IMG/VR virus record: IMGVR_UViG_3300031520_000197
Coordinates: 1-30,846 of that record
Source: a virus
Lineage: Duplodnaviria; Caudoviricetes
Reading direction: 5' to 3' (one strand)
Length of the DNA stretch: 30,846 bases
Both the position numbers and the translations under genes were made by a program. The notes under the pieces are model-generated. The model saw only the letters and a list, made by a program, of their open reading frames with translations. It was not told the origin of the DNA and ran no database searches. Positions 8,770 to 15,152 of this stretch are shown here, piece after piece (the stretch's first letter is position 1; every line of letters starts with the position of its first letter).

Positions 8770-9174
8770 TCATTGAGGCATGCCTTGCAGCTTCTCCAGT
8801 TCGCCGCCGCAAGCCTCACGGAGGCGGTGGAGCATGAACCACGCGGCCTTTTGTGTGACGCCAATCTCTTTGGCTATTTGCATGGAGGAGATGCCTTTGC
8901 GGGCCGTCACCATGAGGTACATCGCGTAAATCCACTTGTGCAAAGGGATGTGCGACCGCTCGAAAATCGTGCCAGTACGGATGGTGAAATCAAGCTGGCA
9001 TTTGTTGCAGCGATAGAAGCCCTCACGCTTGCGAGTGGTGATGCGATCTTGACCAGAGCACGTCGGGCAGGTTGTGCCTTTTGGCCACAAACGGCCCTCC
9101 AAGTAAGCCCGCGCCGTCGATTCGTCCGGGAACATCTGGAGAAGCTGAAAGGTGCTGATCGTGCTGCGGCTCAT
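8770..9174 (-). pseudogene. IS1595-family transposase, N-terminal Zn-ribbon and HTH only
   Basis: RLWPKGTTCPTC...YRCNKC..FTIRTGTIFERSHIPLHKW...KGISSMQIA...AWFMLHRLREA; ends at LQG where the VExDET catalytic domain should start. Confidence 0.9.
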
Positions 9175-9270
9175 CTAGCACCTCGGGACGACCTGGTCGG
9201 GACGTTACCTAGTCCCGCCCGAGTACCACCCCGGAGGCACCGCTTACCGTAGGAACGGCGCGGCGGAGCT

Positions 9271-9471
9271 TTAGACCAATGGGGCCAACCCGACATCCAT
9301 CCGGGCTTTCACGAGCGCCGCAACATCTCCCTCCGCTGCGAGGGATAGCACTTGTTCCTGCCCGAGTGTGCGGTTGTGAGCGCAATCATCCCACCACTGC
9401 TCAGCCCCGGTTACGCCGTCGTAACTTCCGGCCTCTAAGCACAACTGCAGGTACAACTCTTGTTTGGTCAT
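9271..9471 (-). CDS. Hypothetical passenger protein (66 aa)
   Basis: TAATG coupling to the upstream ORF, GGAGG SD. Confidence 0.7.
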   Translation of the reverse strand: MTKQELYLQLCLEAGSYDGVTGAEQWWDDCAHNRTLGQEQVLSLAAEGDVAALVKARMDVGLAPLV

Positions 9472-9713
9472 TACCGCACCTCCAGAGCAGCTTCGACCGC
9501 GTGGCGCTGATCGTCATAGGCTCCGCTGCGGGTGCCTTTGCCACACTCAAAAACCAGCTTGCCCTCAGCGGTCAGGTACAGCTTGCTGGACTTTTCTCCC
9601 GCATACGAGCCTCCGTTGCCGCGAAGGTTGATGTAGTGGCGGCCCGTGGCCTCGTGCAGGTTGATGGACTTGACGCCTTCGGTGGCCTTGATGGTGTTGA
9701 GGATGGTCTGCAT
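9471..9713 (-). CDS. Hypothetical passenger protein (80 aa)
   Basis: AGGAG SD, ATG 9713, downstream of a promoter-like sequence. Confidence 0.75.
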   Translation of the reverse strand: MQTILNTIKATEGVKSINLHEATGRHYINLRGNGGSYAGEKSSKLYLTAEGKLVFECGKGTRSGAYDDQRHAVEAALEVR

Positions 9714-9752
9714 TTTCTAGCTCCTATGAGGCTGGTTGCCTCTAATGTTTCT

Positions 9753-9781
9753 AAGGTACTTGAGTCCCGCACGGCTGTCAA
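9753..9781 (-). promoter_or_regulatory. Inward promoter of the IS element
   Basis: TTGACA, 17 bp, TACCTT on the minus strand; spacer carries the TIR-like GGGACTCAAGTA. Confidence 0.6.
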
Positions 9782-9863
9782 GAGTTATTTTCAGCAAAGG
9801 GGACTAGCGTACGTAATTCCCACAGAAAGATAAACTTGGAGTATAGTGCTGTAGGTTAAGTTG

Positions 9864-10073
9864 ATGAAAGAGCTTGGAGCCCGAATAAAAGCACGCAGAG
9901 TTGAGCGAGGAATGAGGCAGCTAGACGTTGCCGTTGCGGTCAACGTGGGAGCCGCGACAATCCTACGCCTTGAAGAAGGCGATGACCGCGTAGCGTATGG
10001 AACGCTACTGAAGGTTTGCTCAACACTGGGAATACGCATCTCCATAAAGTCTGAAGCGCTATATATGAACTAA
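9864..10073 (+). CDS. XRE-family HTH regulator
   Basis: LGARIKARR...QLDVAVAVNVGAATILRLEEG...LKVCSTLG. Confidence 0.85.
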   Translation: MKELGARIKARRVERGMRQLDVAVAVNVGAATILRLEEGDDRVAYGTLLKVCSTLGIRISIKSEALYMN

Positions 10074-10141
10074 AGCTATGAAATAAATTACACCCGCCTG
10101 AGAATTAAGTCTGGCGCTAGACGCGCTTCGGGGCGAGGTGG

Positions 10142-10312
10142 ATGTCTAAGGCACAGAGTCAAGAGGGCGCATGCGGACAACAATCCGGTGCGCCCTCGTC
10201 TCTTGCGCTTGCGAAGATATGCCCAACCTGCATCGCACCGGCTCAATACGAATGTCGTTGGCTTACGCCCACACCACCTAAACGCTTCCACGACTCCCGC
10301 GAGGTGAAATGA
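10142..10312 (+). CDS. Small zinc-finger protein (56 aa, not in the ORF track)
   Basis: My translation: ...CPTCIAPAQYECRW...RFHDSREVK*; stop overlaps ATG 10309. Confidence 0.55.
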   Translation: MSKAQSQEGACGQQSGAPSSLALAKICPTCIAPAQYECRWLTPTPPKRFHDSREVK

Positions 10313-10641
10313 ATATCGCTCACCTTTACCGCCTCCTCTACCTCATCTACGAAAGGATGAACACCTTGGCCATTACCGACGAAAAGCTCGCAACTGCCAT
10401 CTCTGACCTAAACTCTGCCATCTCTGCGGAGTCCGACGTTCTGACCTCCGCAATCGCCGACCTCAAAAACCCCGCCGTGGACAATTCGGATGCAATCGCT
10501 GCGATTGAGCAGGCTGCAACCAATATCAAGAGCGGAAGTGACAGCCTCTCGGCAGCGCTGCCGGCGACTCCGGTGGTCCCAGTGACCGTGCAGCCCACTT
10601 CTGTGGTATCGCCCGTCGTCCCCGTGGTGCCGACTGCATAA
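10309..10641 (+). CDS. Hypothetical helical/coiled-coil protein with P/V-rich tail
   Basis: GAGGTG SD; amphipathic heptads. Confidence 0.75.
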   Translation: MNIAHLYRLLYLIYERMNTLAITDEKLATAISDLNSAISAESDVLTSAIADLKNPAVDNSDAIAAIEQAATNIKSGSDSLSAALPATPVVPVTVQPTSVVSPVVPVVPTA

Positions 10642-10643
10642 CC

Positions 10644-10937
10644 ATGCCAGCGATCACCATCGATACGAGCAAGATCTCTAAATCCACCGTCGCGGGTTTC
10701 CTCAGCGGACTTGCGGCGGTGTGTCTTGCTTTGCCGGTGATCGACACGGCTCACGTACTCAACGTAAAGGTTTTTGGGATCACCGCGTTGATAGCGGGAG
10801 TCGCCAGGGTCATCGTTGGAAAACTCGAAGGCGACCCTGACCTCGCAAAGGCTACTACGCCGGATGGCACTGTGAAGGACGTTTCTGCTCATCCCACCCC
10901 AGACAATCCGGAAGACAAGCCGGTACTACCCCAGTGA
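10644..10937 (+). CDS. Two-TM membrane protein, holin candidate
   Basis: Two hydrophobic segments and a charged tail; lies between early and packaging genes. Confidence 0.55.
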   Translation: MPAITIDTSKISKSTVAGFLSGLAAVCLALPVIDTAHVLNVKVFGITALIAGVARVIVGKLEGDPDLAKATTPDGTVKDVSAHPTPDNPEDKPVLPQ

Positions 10938-11590
10938 TCTTGCACATCCCCAATCCGCTGGACATGCTGCGGCACAAGCCGAAGCCATCTTCAGAGGAGC
11001 ATGCGGCGTCCTGGCTACCCATCGCGCCCGCAGAATCAAACCGATTGATCCAGCCCGAAGACCTTTCCGAACTTGCGCCGAACGCGGACTTCCACGTTCT
11101 GATTCCCACACATGAACCGATAGACCCAGCCGCGCTTCATGCCGCGGTAGAGGAGATTCCCATGGCAACTGCGCCCGTAACGCCTCCGGCACCCAAGCCG
11201 AACGTTTTCAAGAGCATCATGACGCACATCGTCCATTTTTTCGAGTTGGGGCTAAACGAGATCATCGTTTACACGCCGCCGGCTGAGGCTTTGGCCGAGG
11301 TTCTTTTTCCAGAGTATGTGAAAGCCGAGCAGATGGTGCGAGACAAGATCGTGACGGTAACGAAGCTTATCCGCAATTCTGTCCTCAGCGCTCAACAGAA
11401 GTATGCTGAGGCTGCTAAGGGCGACGCGACCAATAAGGCGAAGCTGGCGGACGCGCTTCAGGTGTCCGAAGGTCCAGCGGTAGCAATCCTTTCTCAGACA
11501 CCCGTTGTCGCCGATGCGTCTCGCGTAACCAGTGCGATCGAGGCGCTTGTAGCTATTCTCAAGTCCAGTCCAGCGCCGGCGGGAGCGTAA
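10934..11590 (+). CDS. Hypothetical protein (alternative start ATG 11162)
   Basis: GTGA overlap upstream; internal GAGGAG SD before 11162. Confidence 0.7.
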   Translation: MILHIPNPLDMLRHKPKPSSEEHAASWLPIAPAESNRLIQPEDLSELAPNADFHVLIPTHEPIDPAALHAAVEEIPMATAPVTPPAPKPNVFKSIMTHIVHFFELGLNEIIVYTPPAEALAEVLFPEYVKAEQMVRDKIVTVTKLIRNSVLSAQQKYAEAAKGDATNKAKLADALQVSEGPAVAILSQTPVVADASRVTSAIEALVAILKSSPAPAGA

Positions 11591-11593
11591 GCC

Positions 11594-11998
11594 ATGGCTA
11601 CCGGGGCCAAGCCTCTCCGCTACAACGCGCTGATAGCTATTCGTGTCAGCGCGATTGCGGTGTGCGGCTACTTCATGTTCGGGGGGGCTCATCCACCGGC
11701 TAGTGCGCAAACGCGAGATCAGCGACAGGTGTACGCCCCCGTGTTGACGGCCCCCGTGTTGACGGTTGAAGATGCCGGGCAAGATAAGAATATAGCCGAG
11801 CTCGATAAGGATATAGCCGAGCTCAACAAGCATATCGAGGCCACCGACGCTAACAGTAATCGCGCATGGATTGCCACAGAAAAGAACGCAGAGGCAATCG
11901 CTGGAATGCAGGGCGAGGAGCGAGGCGTGGGCGGTTTCCTGGTACTGCTGAGTGGCACCGGGCTCGTATTGCAAGTAAGAAACAAGAAGGCCGCATGA
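11594..11998 (+). CDS. Membrane-anchored coiled-coil protein
   Basis: N-terminal hydrophobic/signal segment, heptad DKxIAEL repeats, C-terminal hydrophobic segment. Confidence 0.7.
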   Translation: MATGAKPLRYNALIAIRVSAIAVCGYFMFGGAHPPASAQTRDQRQVYAPVLTAPVLTVEDAGQDKNIAELDKDIAELNKHIEATDANSNRAWIATEKNAEAIAGMQGEERGVGGFLVLLSGTGLVLQVRNKKAA

Positions 11999-12300
11999 TT
12001 CACTCCGATCTTTATCTTGACCTAAGGCATGACTTCTTCCGGCTTTGTGTGTTCATCGCCGGGAACGCGCTGATTGCAAATTTTCTCCCGAAATCTACCG
12101 TGTTTAAAGGCATGCCACGGACCAGATGGACCTATGAGCTACTGGTTGACCTGATAGCTGGATTCGGACTCTCCTGGCGTGCCAAACGACCCTCCCTCCA
12201 GAAAGAATGGATGGGCTTCAAGGTCAGACGAAGATCTCGCCGCTGGATCGTTGAGTTTCGCTCGGCACCAGATCTCGAAGTTGGAAAAATCGAAAAATGA
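11995..12300 (+). CDS. Hypothetical membrane-associated protein
   Basis: ATGA overlaps at both ends; hydrophobic LCVFIAGNALIANFL. Confidence 0.65.
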   Translation: MIHSDLYLDLRHDFFRLCVFIAGNALIANFLPKSTVFKGMPRTRWTYELLVDLIAGFGLSWRAKRPSLQKEWMGFKVRRRSRRWIVEFRSAPDLEVGKIEK

Positions 12301-12518
12301 ACGAACGCATGACAACCTGGATCAGGAGCTACGGCACAACCAAGCTGGCCCGTGAGCTTGGCGCCGGCCGGTTGACAGTGCATTCGTGGACCAATAGCGT
12401 GGTCGCAAATCGGGTACGGCCGTCATACGGGTTTATGCGCAAGATGATTGACCTCTCGAAAGAGGAGCCGCACTTGGTGGGACCACTGGATTGGAAAGAC
12501 TTTCTGGGGGATGCATGA
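12297..12518 (+). CDS. Cro-like HTH protein
   Basis: YGTTKLARELGAGRLTVHSW...RP pattern. Confidence 0.7.
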   Translation: MNERMTTWIRSYGTTKLARELGAGRLTVHSWTNSVVANRVRPSYGFMRKMIDLSKEEPHLVGPLDWKDFLGDA

Positions 12519-12802
12519 TTTATCTAGGACGCGAATTTTTGTTCCGCTCCCCCCGTCTGTCGGTTCCCGCTGTTCGCTGCTTACTCTCGTTATCCCGCCC
12601 TGACGCGGAGATCGTTTTCGACAAGGAGGATGGAACGTTTCAGCTATGCTTCGCCGGGCAAGCTCAACGGGTACGTGCCGAGACCGTCGAGGTATTGGAT
12701 AGGGCGCGCATGCTGGCTCGCAAGCGAGCTGACTGCCCGGCCTACATCGTGAACGAGAAGGGTCGCCGCTTCCTCGCGGAGATACAGCATGAAGATCTGT
12801 AA
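12515..12802 (+). CDS. Hypothetical protein (possible winged helix)
   Basis: ATGA overlap; YIVNEKGRRFL wing-like motif. Confidence 0.6.
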   Translation: MIYLGREFLFRSPRLSVPAVRCLLSLSRPDAEIVFDKEDGTFQLCFAGQAQRVRAETVEVLDRARMLARKRADCPAYIVNEKGRRFLAEIQHEDL

Positions 12803-12956
12803 GTACACCTGCCATCGATGCTTCGGGGAGTTCTGGATTCGTCCACCCTTCAACCCAAAGGCGTGCCCTCATTGCTGCGTTGTGATCGCTGCCACCGCTG
12901 AGCAAGATGCACAGAATAGACGAGTCATGATGGAGGAGGAGCAAGAATGGGGCTAA
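12789..12956 (+). CDS. Small zinc-ribbon protein (55 aa, not in the ORF track)
   Basis: My translation: MKICKYTCHRCFGEFWIRPPFNPKACPHC...; GGAG SD; fills the gap between neighbours. Confidence 0.65.
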   Translation: MKICKYTCHRCFGEFWIRPPFNPKACPHCCVVIAATAEQDAQNRRVMMEEEQEWG

Positions 12957-13729
12957 CCGGATTTGTACCGAACAACGGAGTCAAAGGCTTTTCGATCAGC
13001 GTTGACACGCAGAATTTAGAAACGAAGCTGAGCGGTTTCGAGCTCGACCAACTGCCCTTTGCCACCGCTCTCGCGCTTACGCGAGTTGGTCAACTCATCA
13101 AACAGGCCGAGATTAACGAGATGCGGAAGGTCTTTGACCGGCCCACTCCCTACACACTCAGTGCGCCATTCCTAAAGCCCGCGACGAAGAGCAATCTCAC
13201 AGCCGAAGTGTTCCTCAAAACCTATGCCAGCAAAGGCGTGCCAGCCTCAGTCTTTCTCGCACCTCAGGTCTACGGCGGTCAAAGAAACCTAAAATCGTCA
13301 GAGAAGTTCCTTGCAAAAGCAGGGTATCTACCAAGCGGGGATATAGCCGTGCCCGGCTCAGGTGCCACCATGAATGGCTACGGGAACATGTCGCCAGGGC
13401 AGATCGTGCAGGTCATCAGCGCCCTGCAAGCCTTTCCTGAAACCGGCTACCTTGCAAATCAGTCGCGACGCCTGGGAGCTCGCAAAAGCACAGCGCCACA
13501 GTTCTTCGTAGGGAAGCCGGCCGGTGGACGCCTACCGCTGGGGGTTTACATGAGAACCAAGACCGGCGTGAAGCCGATCATGATCTTCGTCAAGTCGCCA
13601 AACTACCATCCGCGGCTCAAGTTCTTCGATGTTGCCAGCCAGACCTATCAAGCCAACTTCCAGCATGAGTTCAACGCAGCGCTCTACACCGCGCTCCAAT
13701 CAGCGTCGATTACTTACAAGGTGGCCTAA
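12947..13729 (+). CDS. Phage tail-completion / gpZ-like protein
   Basis: QLPFATALALT...VFDRPTPYT and Y.PRLKFF motifs; strong GGAGG SD. Confidence 0.6.
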   Translation: MGLTGFVPNNGVKGFSISVDTQNLETKLSGFELDQLPFATALALTRVGQLIKQAEINEMRKVFDRPTPYTLSAPFLKPATKSNLTAEVFLKTYASKGVPASVFLAPQVYGGQRNLKSSEKFLAKAGYLPSGDIAVPGSGATMNGYGNMSPGQIVQVISALQAFPETGYLANQSRRLGARKSTAPQFFVGKPAGGRLPLGVYMRTKTGVKPIMIFVKSPNYHPRLKFFDVASQTYQANFQHEFNAALYTALQSASITYKVA

Positions 13730-13755
13730 ATGGAGCGGAACGCTAGGGCGGGAAA

Positions 13756-13935
13756 ATGAAAACTGTTCATATGGCTGACAAGATCAATCAGCGCGGCGGC
13801 GTATCAGCACTCTGCTTTCTGCATCCGAGATCGATCGACATAACGCGATCAACGTGGACTAACCGTACTGAGGCGGTGACTTGTCCGCAATGCCAAAGGA
13901 TGCTCACCGTCCTAGCGTCTAGACCGCCGACTTAG
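13756..13935 (+). CDS. Small zinc-binding protein (59 aa, not in the ORF track)
   Basis: My translation: MKTVH...SALC...EAVTCPQC. Confidence 0.55.
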   Translation: MKTVHMADKINQRGGVSALCFLHPRSIDITRSTWTNRTEAVTCPQCQRMLTVLASRPPT

Positions 13936-14008
13936 AAGCCGCCACACGGAGTAGCCGATCACGGATCGCCCACCAATTCGAGCAAACACCAAAGCCGCAC
14001 GGAGAACG

Positions 14009-14260
14009 ATGATGACACACAGCACGATGTACCACATAGCGCCAGATCATACGCCCAGGATCGACGCCATGGACACGCTGCGTGGTCTCGCTGAAACTGC
14101 TGATCTAATCCATGCCACCAGACCTGACGTGGTGCTTACCGCCTATACGGACGAGCCACAGTCAACGATCACTCTAGTCGATCAGGCTACCGGGGATGTT
14201 CTGGCAACGATCTACTTTACTCGTGGTCAACCAGCCTACCGGGTGCAGATGACAGCCTAA
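14009..14260 (+). CDS. Hypothetical protein
   Basis: GGAG SD, 83-aa ORF co-oriented with neighbours. Confidence 0.65.
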   Translation: MMTHSTMYHIAPDHTPRIDAMDTLRGLAETADLIHATRPDVVLTAYTDEPQSTITLVDQATGDVLATIYFTRGQPAYRVQMTA

Positions 14261-14387
14261 ACCGAGCAAAATCAAGGGCAAAAAGCGAAGGTAAAGCGAA
14301 CAAAAGAAGCGATGCTAAACCACTTAGAATGAGTCACATAAGAAAAATGTGTAACGAAAGTTGGTACGTATATCAGATAAAGCATCG

Positions 14388-14450
14388 TAAGTCGTTGAAA
14401 ACATGGGTCCTTTGGGCACTTTAGGCGATGCGGGTAATTCGAACCCCGAC
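14388..14450 (+). other. Candidate cos packaging site with an IHF-like site
   Basis: GGGTCCT at 14405-14411 is identical to lambda cosQ; CGGG-N10-CCCG dyad at 14431-14448; minus-strand TTTCAACGACTTA (14388-14400) resembles WATCAANNNNTTR; lies just upstream of terS. Confidence 0.6.
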
Positions 14451-14624
14451 GAACGGCCAGGCGAGCGCTTGAAAACGAACACTTTAGTTTAGGAGGTAAG
14501 TAGATGACCGTAAGCCGAAAAGTGACCAATAGGGACGGTATGGCATCGTGGTCGGTTGGGGTGAGGCCTTGAGCGAGGTGGCAGCGACGCACGGATGGGT
14601 ACACGGCCTGGAGTGGGATGAAGA

Positions 14625-15152
14625 ATGACGGTGAATATCAAAGATCTGTGTCGATTGCTCGCCGGAGACGGCCACGAGCCGCTCTCTGAGATGGCGATCT
14701 CGCAGTTCGTGAAGGACGGGATGCCGAAAGCGGCGCGGGGTACATACGATCCGCTGAAATGCATGCCTTGGTACATCGGAAGGCTCCGCACGGCGGCTCA
14801 GGCGCGGATGGGCGAGACGAAAGACGGTAAGATCGTCGCCTTGGATGAGGCGCAACGGCGACTGACGCTCGCGAAGGCTGAGAATGAGGAGATGACGGCG
14901 AAGGAACGCCGCGGCGAGTTGGTACCGCTGGAGCTGCACGTCGCGGAACAAGCCAAACTCGCCACCGTTGTCAAGCAAAAGATGCTGAACCTGCCGGCGC
15001 GGATCGCTCCGAAGCTCGTGGACCTATCGCGGAATGAGACGAAGGCGTTGCTGACGGCTGCGGTGAAGGCGGCGTTGTCAGATCTGGCGAAACTGGAGGA
15101 GCATGGAGCAGATCGAGCTGATACCAAAGCCCGCCGCCGCGCCCGCGCCTGA
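14625..15152 (+). CDS. terS: Terminase small subunit (Nu1-like)
   Basis: N-terminal wHTH (GMP...YDPLKC..WY), RLTLAKAE...RGELVP, LNLPAR. Confidence 0.88.
   Translation: MTVNIKDLCRLLAGDGHEPLSEMAISQFVKDGMPKAARGTYDPLKCMPWYIGRLRTAAQARMGETKDGKIVALDEAQRRLTLAKAENEEMTAKERRGELVPLELHVAEQAKLATVVKQKMLNLPARIAPKLVDLSRNETKALLTAAVKAALSDLAKLEEHGADRADTKARRRARA

Larger units (their letters stand above)
8600..9821 (-). mobile_element. Defective IS1595-family element with passenger genes
   Basis: Imperfect 22-bp terminal inverted repeats (8600-8621 reverse complement GGGACTAAAATACGTGTTTCCA vs 9800-9821 GGGACTAGCGTACGTAATTCCC, 16/22) enclosing four minus-strand ORFs including a truncated transposase. Confidence 0.75.

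Noticed and set aside
8590-9832. Target-site duplication of the IS element
   Set aside because: Flanks TAAATAAA and ACAGAAAG are both A-rich but not identical
8725-9833. Plus-strand ORFs 8725-9252 and 9279-9833
   Set aside because: Antisense shadows of the transposase and passenger genes
13730-14624. tRNA or known ncRNA in the intergenic stretches
   Set aside because: No cloverleaf; TTCGAACCCC at 14438-14447 resembles a T-arm but lacks the stems and fits the cos dyad better
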